From an uncultured Ruminococcus sp. (GTDB lineage: Bacteria > Bacillota > Clostridia > Oscillospirales > Ruminococcaceae), in NCBI GenBank assembly GCA_910579835.1, contig CAJTWQ010000001.1:57798-121797 (forward strand): a stretch of DNA of 64,000 bases. Direction: 5' to 3'. This document shows positions 10,451 to 18,851 of this stretch, piece after piece (position 1 is the stretch's first letter; every line of letters begins with the position of its first letter). The notes beneath the pieces are model-generated. The model worked only from the letters and a program-made list of their open reading frames with translations, ran no database searches and had not been told where the DNA came from. A program made the translations under genes and the position numbers.

Positions 10451-11155
10451 ATGAAATCTGCTTTCTTCAAAGGAATGTCTCATGGCATTCCCATTGCCTT
10501 GGGCTATCTTTCAGTATCTTTCGGCTTCGGCATAGCGGCTGCAAAATGCGGTTTGTCTGTTTTCGCAGCATCCATTATTTCCGCTTCAAATCTTACTTCC
10601 GCAGGGCAGGCGGCAGGAATCGACATAATTGCCGCAGGTGGAACGATTATTGAAATGATACTCGTTCAGCTAACTATAAATATTCGCTATTCGCTTATGG
10701 CAATATCCCTGTCACAAAAGCTGGATAAGAGTTTTACGTTTTCTCACAGACTTGCGGCATCTTACGGCATTACAGACGAGATTTTTGCGGTTTGTTCTTC
10801 GCAGAAAGAACCTCTTACGCCCTCATATATGTACGGAATGATCTTCATTGCTTTTGTTGGCTGGGTATCGGGAACTGCTATGGGCGTAAGCGCCGGTCAG
10901 ATGCTGCCGGTATCTGTAAGCAGCGCAATGGGAATCGTTCTTTACGGAATGTTTCTGGCAATCATTATTCCTCCTGCAAAAAAACAGAGAAGCGTGCTTT
11001 TTGCCGTGCTGCTTGCCGCCGGAATAAGCGTGCTGATGCGGTATGTATTTACCATGATAAGCGGCGGATTTGCAGTAATGATAAGCGCGATCGCCGCCTC
11101 GGCTCTTGCCGCTCTTATTTTTCCGGTAAAATGTGAGGAGGGGGCAGAGGAATGA
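10451..11155 (+). CDS. azlC: AzlC family branched-chain amino acid exporter
   Basis: GIPIALGY, SAGQ, NIRY, ITDE motifs; hydrophobic. Confidence 0.9.
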   Translation: MKSAFFKGMSHGIPIALGYLSVSFGFGIAAAKCGLSVFAASIISASNLTSAGQAAGIDIIAAGGTIIEMILVQLTINIRYSLMAISLSQKLDKSFTFSHRLAASYGITDEIFAVCSSQKEPLTPSYMYGMIFIAFVGWVSGTAMGVSAGQMLPVSVSSAMGIVLYGMFLAIIIPPAKKQRSVLFAVLLAAGISVLMRYVFTMISGGFAVMISAIAASALAALIFPVKCEEGAEE

Positions 11156-11451
11156 GTATTGCTGTTTACATTTTGGTTATGGCAAGCGTGACCTATCTTA
11201 TCCGTATGATCCCATTCACTTTTTTCAGAAAAAAGATTAAGTCAAGATTTTTCAGCAGCTTTCTTTATTATATTCCCTATGCGGTGCTTAGCGCCATGAC
11301 AATTCCGGCGATATTTTACAGCACCGGGAGTCTGGCGGCGTCCATTGCAGGCACAGCGGCGGCGGTAATACTTGCATATATGGAGTTGCCTCTGATTGTT
11401 GTAGCGCTGTCAGCGTCGGGGACGGCGTTTCTTGCAGGCTTTTTTGTTTAA
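11152..11451 (+). CDS. azlD: AzlD family protein
   Basis: TYLIRMIP, YIPYAVL motifs; ATGA overlap with azlC. Confidence 0.9.
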   Translation: MSIAVYILVMASVTYLIRMIPFTFFRKKIKSRFFSSFLYYIPYAVLSAMTIPAIFYSTGSLAASIAGTAAAVILAYMELPLIVVALSASGTAFLAGFFV

Positions 11452-11473
11452 AATTCATATATTTTTTGGCACG

Positions 11474-11513
11474 AATAACTTTGCAGTTGTTAAATACTGC
11501 AAAGTTATTTTTT
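11474..11513 (+). terminator. Terminator after azlD, insulating the phage-like operon
   Basis: Perfect 14-bp stem AATAACTTTGCAGT / ACTGCAAAGTTATT followed by a T-run. Confidence 0.8.
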
Positions 11514-11617
11514 ATTTTCTCTCCATTCAACGGTTTTTAGTTGAATATTACCTCCTTTTGCCCCTCTTATGAACGGTGCTTACGTTTTACTCAAAGCCAA
11601 AAGGGGGGGCATTTATA

Positions 11618-12109
11618 TTGCAGAAAAAAAACAATCTTAAAGCAAAACGGGACGCTTTCTGCTGCTATTACGTCATGTTGGGGAATGTGGCGGAGGCGGC
11701 GGAAAAAGCCGGTTTCGACAGGGAAAACGCTCTTACGGAGGGGATTAAATGCCTGAGATCCGCAGAATGCAGACGTACTATCGCAGGACTCAGAGATGTT
11801 CTGAACGACAGCGGCAATGTCTCCGCAGGTCTTAAACGGCTGGCATTCGGTAACTGCGCTGACGCAGTATACCTGGTGTTTGCCGACGAGCTTCCGCCTG
11901 CGGAGATCATTGAAAGGCTCGATCTTTTTAACGTATCTGAGATCAAACGGGTAAAGGGAGGCGGCGTGGAGGTCAAGCTGTTTGACAGATTAAAGGCGCT
12001 GGAAAAGCTGTTTGAGCTGGAAAGCTCATGCTCCGACAGAAACAAGGCCGCCGATCTTATCGCTGCTCTGACGTCTTCGGCAGAGGATGGTGACTGCTCG
12101 GATGATTAA
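11618..12109 (+). CDS. Terminase small subunit
   Basis: N-terminal HTH-like FCCYYVMLGNVAEAAEKAGF, C-terminal VEVKLFDRLKALEKL; directly upstream of TerL; TTG start after a G-rich RBS. Confidence 0.8.
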   Translation: MQKKNNLKAKRDAFCCYYVMLGNVAEAAEKAGFDRENALTEGIKCLRSAECRRTIAGLRDVLNDSGNVSAGLKRLAFGNCADAVYLVFADELPPAEIIERLDLFNVSEIKRVKGGGVEVKLFDRLKALEKLFELESSCSDRNKAADLIAALTSSAEDGDCSDD

Positions 12110-13346
12110 AAAGCTTTCACGAAAGCAGAAAATCACTATGAACTGGTGGAAAAATCCTAAATACAGGGACTGCGACGCTATTATCTGCGATGGTGCAGTG
12201 AGAAGCGGAAAAACTCTTTCTATGTCGGTGGGTTTTGTTTTTTGGGCGTCCGCTGTTTTTGATGGCGGTTCCTTTGCACTATGCGGCAAGACGGTGACTT
12301 CTCTCAGAAGAAATGTTGTGGTTCCGCTTATGCCTGTTCTCAGGGAGTACGGCTTTATGTGCATTGAGAAGGTCAGCAGGAATTATATCGACATCACGTT
12401 TCTGGGAAAGACCAATCGTTTTTATCTGTTCGGCGGCAAGGACGAGGGTTCGGCTTCGCTGATACAGGGAATGACTCTTTCAGGCGTTTTTTTTGACGAG
12501 GCGGCTCTTATGCCAAGGTCGTTTGTGGAGCAGGCTCTGGCACGATGTTCGATCAGCGGCTCAAAGATGTGGTTTAACTGCAATCCTGACAATCCCTCCC
12601 ACTGGTTCTACACTGAGTGGATAAAAAAAGCGGCGGAGAAAAAGGCTCTTTATCTCCATTTCACAATGGACGATAATCCGTCGCTTTCGGAAAAAATGAA
12701 AGACCGTTATAAAAGGCTCTATTCCGGAGCTTTTTACGATCGCTTCGTGCTGGGCAGATGGACTGCGTCAGAGGGCGTTGTTTATCCCATGTTCAGCAGG
12801 GAGACTCATGTTTTCAGCGGTGAGGTGCAGTGCGAAAGTTTTGTCATCTCTTGTGATTACGGCACGGTAAATCCGTCATCCTTCGGTCTGTGGGGACTCT
12901 GCGGCGGCGTCTGGCACCGCATAAAAGAATATTACTATTCTTCGAAAAGAGAGGGTGTATCGCGCACAGACGAGGAACATTATTCGGCTCTGGAGGAGCT
13001 GGCGGGGGAGAGAAAGATCTCACGGGTAATCGTTGATCCTTCTGCTGCAAGCTTTATCGAGTGTATCCGCAGGCACGGAAAATTCAGAGTCGTAAAGGCC
13101 GACAACGATGTTGTCACGGGGATACGGCAGGTTAGCGCAGCGCTTAAACAGAACCGGTTGAAATTTCACGAATCCTGTAAGGATATTTTCAGGGAATTTC
13201 AGCTTTACCGCTGGAGCGAAAAGGCGGGAACGGACGCTCCGATAAAGGAGAACGATCACGCTATGGACGACATGAGGTATTTTGTTGCAGATATGTTTGC
13301 ACAAGAGAAAAACGACGGCTTTTTCGCCGTATCTGTTTCACGGTAA
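12102..13346 (+). CDS. Terminase large subunit, PBSX family
   Basis: Walker A DGAVRSGKT, Walker B FFDEA, CNP coupling motif, nuclease acidic motifs DYG, VDPS, NDHAMDD. Confidence 0.93.
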   Translation: MIKKLSRKQKITMNWWKNPKYRDCDAIICDGAVRSGKTLSMSVGFVFWASAVFDGGSFALCGKTVTSLRRNVVVPLMPVLREYGFMCIEKVSRNYIDITFLGKTNRFYLFGGKDEGSASLIQGMTLSGVFFDEAALMPRSFVEQALARCSISGSKMWFNCNPDNPSHWFYTEWIKKAAEKKALYLHFTMDDNPSLSEKMKDRYKRLYSGAFYDRFVLGRWTASEGVVYPMFSRETHVFSGEVQCESFVISCDYGTVNPSSFGLWGLCGGVWHRIKEYYYSSKREGVSRTDEEHYSALEELAGERKISRVIVDPSAASFIECIRRHGKFRVVKADNDVVTGIRQVSAALKQNRLKFHESCKDIFREFQLYRWSEKAGTDAPIKENDHAMDDMRYFVADMFAQEKNDGFFAVSVSR

Positions 13347-13391
13347 GATTTCTGAAAAGCACCGTTCAAATATCAAAATGAGGGAGGAAAA

Positions 13392-14531
13392 ATGAATTTT
13401 TTTAAATCAAAACGCAAAACTCCTGAACCGCCGCCGGGAATTGCCAGCGCCGACCGGAGCATACCGGGGAAAAGTACATTGCCGGCAGTGATAGAGCCAC
13501 TTGAAGCGGAATTGTACGACAGGCTCAGGTACGCCGTTCCGGTGCTTGACGCGGCAATTATGAAAATAATCCGTCTTACCGGCGGATTTCAGATAGTATG
13601 CTCGGAGGAAAAATATCAGGAGCAGCTTGACCACTTCATACAAAGCGTTCCGGTCGGTCTTACAGGACGTTCCGTCGGTACTTTTACTGATAATTTTCTT
13701 GACAGTTTGCTTACCTACGGCAGCGCTGTGGGGGAAATTGCCGCCGCTCCCGGAGAGGGACGGATCGCCGGTCTATGGAATGGGGATATAACAAAAATTC
13801 GGGTTGTTTCCGGTTCGGATCCTTTTTCCAGAGCCTATAGGGTACGTTGTTCCGACGGCGGAGAAAAGCCGGTCAGGTATCCTGAAAGGGTGCTTTATGC
13901 TTCGCTTATCGGAGGACATTCGCTGCTTCGGGGGCTTCCGGCGCTCAGCAGTATTCTTATGAGGATATATGAGTGTATCGGTCAGAATTTTGACCGTGCC
14001 GGAAACGTCCGCTATGCCATAACCTATAAGCCGTCGGGAGATACGGATATTATTCGCTCCAGAGAAAGAGCGCAGCAGATTGCCCGTGAATGGGCAGACG
14101 GAATGAATTCCGCACGCTGCGGTCAGGTCAAGGATTTTGTGGCGGTCGGAGACGTGGATATAAAGGTGATAGGAGCTGAAAATCAGCTGTTTGACACCAA
14201 TGTTCCCGTTCGACAGATTCTGGAGCAGCTTATTGCAAAGCTTTCCATACCGCCGTTTCTGCTTGGCCTTACCTGGAGCAGCACCGAGAGAATGTCGTCG
14301 CAGCAGGCGGATATTCTTACATCCGAGCTGGAATATTACAGGCGGCTTCTTACGCCTGTTATCAGTGAAATAGGAAACGCTTATCTCTGCTCTGTTGGCG
14401 CCGATGCTTTTTGTACAGTGGAATGGGATAATATCAATCTTCAGGACGAATCTGTGCTTGCAGAGACAAGACTTAAAAACGCGCAGGCTCTTGAAATCGA
14501 AACGAGACTCATGAAAGAGTCAAATAATTAA
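13392..14531 (+). CDS. Phage portal protein
   Basis: Position after TerL, 379 aa, portal-like IPPFLLG motif. Confidence 0.8.
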   Translation: MNFFKSKRKTPEPPPGIASADRSIPGKSTLPAVIEPLEAELYDRLRYAVPVLDAAIMKIIRLTGGFQIVCSEEKYQEQLDHFIQSVPVGLTGRSVGTFTDNFLDSLLTYGSAVGEIAAAPGEGRIAGLWNGDITKIRVVSGSDPFSRAYRVRCSDGGEKPVRYPERVLYASLIGGHSLLRGLPALSSILMRIYECIGQNFDRAGNVRYAITYKPSGDTDIIRSRERAQQIAREWADGMNSARCGQVKDFVAVGDVDIKVIGAENQLFDTNVPVRQILEQLIAKLSIPPFLLGLTWSSTERMSSQQADILTSELEYYRRLLTPVISEIGNAYLCSVGADAFCTVEWDNINLQDESVLAETRLKNAQALEIETRLMKESNN

Positions 14532-14547
14532 TTTACGGAGGTATATT

Positions 14548-15504
14548 ATGTATAACGAAATCAGACTTGAAAAAGGACTTTACAATCTCAGCGGAAAATC
14601 ATTTACTGCCGCTCTTGAGGAGCTTGATCCCTCCTCAGCCTACAGCGGTACTTCCCTTGAAAAGCTTGATGCCTTTGAGAGACAGCTCAAGCGCTTTAAT
14701 ATCAGAGTCAGCGGCTCTGGCTGCGACTGCGTGGAGAAGTTTTTTACATCAACCGAAACCGCTGTGCTTTTTCCGGAATTTGTAACGCGCTGTATCAGAA
14801 AAGGCTTTGACGAAACAGTGCTTTCATCTGTATGCGCCGCCAAGACTATCAGCAATTCCGGACAGTATCTGGGATGCGATCTGGACGATACGGCGGCATA
14901 TGCCGTAACTGCTCAGACGGTTCAGCTTCCTGCCGCAACCGTTAAGGAGAGCGCATCGGCAGTGACTCTTGCTAAGTACGGCAGACTTATAAATGCGTCT
15001 TACGAAGCTATTCGTCCCCAGAGGCTGGATGTTTTCGGCATTATGCTCAGAAGCATCGGCGTGAGACTTGCTCTCAGCGTTGCTAAAGAGGCGGCGTCAG
15101 TTCTGGCAGCCAGCGCTGTTCAAATCACTACTTCAAAACTTTCTTATGCCGATCTTGCCGCGCTTTACGGTAAGTTTGACTGTTTTGATATGACGACTGT
15201 TCTTGCATCGCCCGAAAATGCTTCGCTTATCGCTGCAATGGATCAACTCTCCGAATGCAAGGCGAATGCAGACGGAAAGATAGTTCTTCCCTTCGGTTCG
15301 GAGCTTGTTAAGACTTCGGCAGCGCCTGCAAACAAGATTATCGGTCTTGACAGGAATTTTGCACTTGAATTTATCACCAGCACTGATCTTGTTCTGGAAA
15401 CTGACAAGCTTATCGACCGTCAGCTCGATCAGATAACCGTTTCTATCGTCTGCGGATTCCGCAAGATCACCCCTGATGCTGTAAAGGTACTTGTTATCAG
15501 CTGA
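14548..15504 (+). CDS. Major capsid protein (HK97-like fold)
   Basis: 318 aa; LFPEFV, KYGRLINASYE and C-terminal GFRKITPDAVKVL pattern typical of HK97-fold capsids; strong GGAGG RBS. Confidence 0.78.
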   Translation: MYNEIRLEKGLYNLSGKSFTAALEELDPSSAYSGTSLEKLDAFERQLKRFNIRVSGSGCDCVEKFFTSTETAVLFPEFVTRCIRKGFDETVLSSVCAAKTISNSGQYLGCDLDDTAAYAVTAQTVQLPAATVKESASAVTLAKYGRLINASYEAIRPQRLDVFGIMLRSIGVRLALSVAKEAASVLAASAVQITTSKLSYADLAALYGKFDCFDMTTVLASPENASLIAAMDQLSECKANADGKIVLPFGSELVKTSAAPANKIIGLDRNFALEFITSTDLVLETDKLIDRQLDQITVSIVCGFRKITPDAVKVLVIS

Positions 15505-15511
15505 TAATTAC

Positions 15512-15554
15512 AAGACTATCCCTCTGTTCCCGTAAAGGGTGCAGGGGGAGTTTT
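15512..15554 (+). terminator. Stem-loop after the capsid gene (partial terminator or mRNA stabiliser)
   Basis: AAGACT-ATCCCTCTG-TTCCC-GTAA-AGGG-TG-CAGGGGG-AGTTTT. Confidence 0.5.
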
Positions 15555-15570
15555 ATGAAAGGAAAAGAAT

Positions 15571-16392
15571 ATGGATACTGAAATGCTTGAAAAGATCAAC
15601 AAATTTACACGACGTCCCCTTACAGAGGATGAAATATATACGTTCTCTGTTATTCTCTGCGACAATGATATTGACCGAGACGGTGAAAGGTTCTCTGACA
15701 AGGCTCTGGAAAGACTTGCGGAGCTTTTTGTGGGAAAGACCGGGATTTTCGATCATAATCCCAGCACGTCCAACCAGACTGCAAGGATTTTTAATACCGA
15801 GATAATCACCGATGAGAGTCGCCTGACTAAAAACGGGGAGCCGTACAAATGCGTCAAGGCGCACGCCTATATGATCAGAACCGACAAAAACCGCAGTCTT
15901 ATTTCGGAGATCGACGGCGGCATAAAAAAAGAAGTCAGCGTTTCCTGTTCGGCTGCAAAGAAAACGTGTTCTGTCTGCGGCTGTGAACTCTGTGCTCACA
16001 CCGTGGGAAAAACATACGGAGGCAGAACTGCTCACAGAATTCTTGACGACATTACAGACGCTTATGAATGGAGCTTCGTCGCTGTTCCCGCGCAGGTCAA
16101 TGCAGGAGTGACAAAAAAATTTTCCGGCGGGAGTACGGAAAGTCAGCCTGTTTCCGGTGATATTGACGAGGCGCAGGAGGAGCTGCGCCGTGATATACGC
16201 AAGCTTGCATATTTTAACGGAGGGCACTCGGCTGCGGATATAACTTCGGCTGCTGCAAGAACAATGAATACGTCTCAGCTTATAAACCTTAAAAAGTTTC
16301 TTGAAAAAAAATGTTTCGGCAGGGGAGTGGAGGTTCAGCTTGAGCCTGAAAACGAGACTGCCGGCGCTAACTCGGAATTTTCGCTTGGGTAG
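15571..16392 (+). CDS. Prohead (maturation) protease with Zn-finger-like insert and possible scaffold C-terminus
   Basis: DRDGE, DHN (His), EVSVSC (Ser) and EWSFVAVPAQ match the HK97-type E-x-S-x-V-xx-PA pattern; CSVCGCELCAH insert. Confidence 0.7.
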   Translation: MDTEMLEKINKFTRRPLTEDEIYTFSVILCDNDIDRDGERFSDKALERLAELFVGKTGIFDHNPSTSNQTARIFNTEIITDESRLTKNGEPYKCVKAHAYMIRTDKNRSLISEIDGGIKKEVSVSCSAAKKTCSVCGCELCAHTVGKTYGGRTAHRILDDITDAYEWSFVAVPAQVNAGVTKKFSGGSTESQPVSGDIDEAQEELRRDIRKLAYFNGGHSAADITSAAARTMNTSQLINLKKFLEKKCFGRGVEVQLEPENETAGANSEFSLG

Positions 16393-16401
16393 GAGGTTTT
16401 C

Positions 16402-16749
16402 ATGAATATAGAATCGGTAAAAACTCTTTTTAAGCTTTTTTCCGGAGAGGAGGAGCTTGAAAAATATGCTCCGTTAATAGAGCTTGCCGTATCGGAAACG
16501 GAGAAAATGCTTTTGCCCGGCGCTGATCGCGGAGATATGCGCCTGTCGTTTCTCTGCGCAGCTTCTGCAAATCACCGTTTGCAGCAACTGAATTCTGCCC
16601 GTGACAGAACCCGGGCGGCTTATGGCGGCAGGATGCTGACAGACAGTGCAAATCCTGTGTTAGCCCATTCGGAAAAGCTGCTTCGGGATTATCTGGAGCT
16701 TTGCAGTGATCTTATCATTCCGCAGACGTTTACATTTTTGGGTATATGA
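16402..16749 (+). CDS. Putative head-tail adaptor/connector
   Basis: 115 aa, helical-looking, in the connector position; GGAGG RBS. Confidence 0.5.
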   Translation: MNIESVKTLFKLFSGEEELEKYAPLIELAVSETEKMLLPGADRGDMRLSFLCAASANHRLQQLNSARDRTRAAYGGRMLTDSANPVLAHSEKLLRDYLELCSDLIIPQTFTFLGI

Positions 16750-16759
16750 GGTGGATAAA

Positions 16760-17170
16760 ATGCTTGAAACTATAATAAACGCTGTAAAGGCAAAGCTTGA
16801 AGAATGCGGAGCCGTTCCGGTCTACAGCGCATTTGACAATGTCCCTGCCGAAATGCGCAGCAAAGAAATTTTCACCGTGGTCGACATATGCTCTTTTGAG
16901 AGCAGCGCGCCAATTTATTCGCTTTATACGGTTTATATCCCATATAAGGCGGAAACCGAAATAAGGGTTACAGCTCCTGAAAGCTGTTCCATGAACATAC
17001 TTTACAGATACTGCGACAAATTTATCGGCGCGGCTGCCGCAGGGCTTTCCGGAATCAACGGCTCAATTAAGGGCATGACTGTGAAATATGATTCAAATAT
17101 ATGCCGCCTTGTACTTACGGCAAAATTATCGCTCAGCGGCATTATTAAAACAGAAAGGAGCGTCCAGTGA
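16760..17170 (+). CDS. Putative neck/tail-completion protein
   Basis: 136 aa; position and size; GAGGTG RBS. Confidence 0.45.
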   Translation: MLETIINAVKAKLEECGAVPVYSAFDNVPAEMRSKEIFTVVDICSFESSAPIYSLYTVYIPYKAETEIRVTAPESCSMNILYRYCDKFIGAAAAGLSGINGSIKGMTVKYDSNICRLVLTAKLSLSGIIKTERSVQ

Positions 17171-17559
17171 ATTCGGTTACAACTATTACAGACCGTGAAT
17201 CGGTTCCGGTAACTATCGGCTCGCTGACGATCTGGTGCGAAAGTTTCAAGGCGGCGGGCGTCCGCAGCTTCAGTGAGGAACCGCTTGTTTCTGGCGGCGG
17301 AACAATAACCAATACATGCCCGAAAGCTATGAAACTGACCTTTGCCGGCAGAATATTTGTAAGTGACGGCAGTCTTGATTTTGTGAAAACGGCTTCTGAT
17401 ATGCTCCGCAGCGGTCAGAGCTTCACTATAGCCTACAGAGGACTGAATTTCAGCGGGTGCCGTGTGCAGTCATTTAATGCGGAGGATAAAGGAGAAGATT
17501 TTATATATGGAGTGATTTCTCTTATTACTTCGGAAACTGTAGAGGAGGATGATTCATGA
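17167..17559 (+). CDS. Putative distal-tail/tube-initiator-like protein
   Basis: 130 aa, beta-rich; GTGA overlap; precedes the hub-like gene. Confidence 0.4.
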   Translation: MNSVTTITDRESVPVTIGSLTIWCESFKAAGVRSFSEEPLVSGGGTITNTCPKAMKLTFAGRIFVSDGSLDFVKTASDMLRSGQSFTIAYRGLNFSGCRVQSFNAEDKGEDFIYGVISLITSETVEEDDS

Positions 17560-18470
17560 CAGCAGGTATTATTGTGAAAAAGACGGATGGCACAATGCTT
17601 GCGGAGAATAAACTGCTTGGTTTCACATTCAGAAAAAACGCCTATCTTCCTTACACGCTATTTAATGCGCGGTTCTGTGCTAACGGAGAGGATTTTGAAA
17701 ATTCGGCGGAGATATTTTTTTATATCGACGGAAAGCTTATTCATCACGGACTTATCGACAGCCTAAAAATGTCATATTCGTGCGGGAGCAGGATCGTTTC
17801 TTTGGTATCCCGAGGATTTACTTCGCTTCTTTGTCAGAATCAGATCGAGCCGGGCATGAAACTAAACATGACTTTTAATCAGCTTATGGACGATTTTTAC
17901 TATCTCCCCTATGTTACCCATGAGGACAATTCCGTTCAAACCGGTTACATTTATGTAAGCGGCAAAACGACTATGTGGGACGGCGTTGTGAATCTGTCAT
18001 ATAAATTCTGCGGCACATATCCGTATATAAGAGGCACGAACTGCGTCAGGATAACTCCTGTCAGCGATCCGTCCGGTTTTGCCTATACAGACGAACAGCT
18101 TTTGTGCCGCGGTTTTGCCATGAACGGCAAACGGCTGATAAGTCATTTTCATATGGCTGATATGGGGGGAGATTACAAATACGAGCTTGAGGATGCCGAC
18201 GCAGCGGCATATGGTATAGTGCGCCATAAGTACAGCGAGCTTGATATGGAATTTTTATACGATCCGGACGAAGCACTTGCTTTTTATGATAAAATAGCCT
18301 CAAGGGCGCAGAAGGTCTTTTTGTGCAGCTACAACGGATATAACGGAGAAGATCTTTTCGATCTTGTAAGCTTTGGGAATATTAATTCCGAGCGGATCAA
18401 GGGTATTGAGATAAAAGGGACAACAAAGGGAGTAACAACAGAGATCAGCGTATATCACGATAAATTCTGA
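17556..18470 (+). CDS. Putative baseplate hub-like protein
   Basis: 304 aa, last gene of the cluster; IHHGLIDSL...VSRGFTSLL pattern resembles gp27/XkdQ-like hubs; ATGA overlap. Confidence 0.45.
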   Translation: MTAGIIVKKTDGTMLAENKLLGFTFRKNAYLPYTLFNARFCANGEDFENSAEIFFYIDGKLIHHGLIDSLKMSYSCGSRIVSLVSRGFTSLLCQNQIEPGMKLNMTFNQLMDDFYYLPYVTHEDNSVQTGYIYVSGKTTMWDGVVNLSYKFCGTYPYIRGTNCVRITPVSDPSGFAYTDEQLLCRGFAMNGKRLISHFHMADMGGDYKYELEDADAAAYGIVRHKYSELDMEFLYDPDEALAFYDKIASRAQKVFLCSYNGYNGEDLFDLVSFGNINSERIKGIEIKGTTKGVTTEISVYHDKF

Positions 18471-18501
18471 ATGGGCATATAATGACTCAGGAGGGCTTTG
18501 A

Positions 18502-18735
18502 ATGAATTATACAACAAATCTCAGCTCTCTCACAGAAGGAGAGAGCTGCCGTATCAGAGATCTGGCAATGACCGGAAAAATACGCAGCCGTCTTATGGAT
18601 CTGGGGCTTACATCCGGAGCCGTGGTAGAATGTCTCCATATAAGCTCAGGCGGAGATCCTGCGGCATACCTTATCAGCGGCGCTGTTATTGCAATTCGCA
18701 GATGCGATGCTGAAAATATAATAATCGCCCGATGA
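18502..18735 (+). CDS. feoA: FeoA family protein (no adjacent feoB)
   Basis: RLMDLGLTSG, GDPAAYLISGAVIAIRR. Confidence 0.88.
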   Translation: MNYTTNLSSLTEGESCRIRDLAMTGKIRSRLMDLGLTSGAVVECLHISSGGDPAAYLISGAVIAIRRCDAENIIIAR

Positions 18736-18740
18736 AAATC

Positions 18741-18777
18741 AGCCGGCGCACCGTTTTTCAGGTGCGCCGGCTTTTTC
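18741..18777 (+). terminator. Terminator after feoA
   Basis: AGCCGGCGCACC / GGTGCGCCGGCT perfect stem followed by Ts. Confidence 0.85.
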
Positions 18778-18851
18778 TGATTTGTATTTTAAAGGAATAC
18801 CGTTTTTAATGTCGGAGCTTGTGTATAAATCCTATAAGAACAGATTTTTGA

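Larger units (their letters stand above)
11618..18470 (+). mobile_element. Phage-derived head/packaging gene cluster (GTA-like or domesticated prophage module)
   Basis: Nine co-oriented, tightly spaced intact ORFs; no integrase, replication or lysis genes seen. Confidence 0.8.

Noticed and set aside
11288..11530. Minus-strand ORF with AAAGGAGGT upstream as a divergent repressor
   Set aside because: The SD-like sequence is ~20 nt from the start, the ORF crosses a terminator and azlD, and it has no HTH motif
14548..15504. Encapsulin (iron-storage) interpretation suggested by nearby feoA
   Set aside because: Intact terminase, portal and protease indicate a DNA-packaging head; no ferritin-like or peroxidase cargo gene
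11618..18470. Complete inducible prophage
   Set aside because: No integrase, att sites, immunity, replication or lysis modules; both flanks are host genes
16402..18470. Tailocin or contractile injection system
   Set aside because: No sheath, tape measure or baseplate wedge genes, and head genes are present
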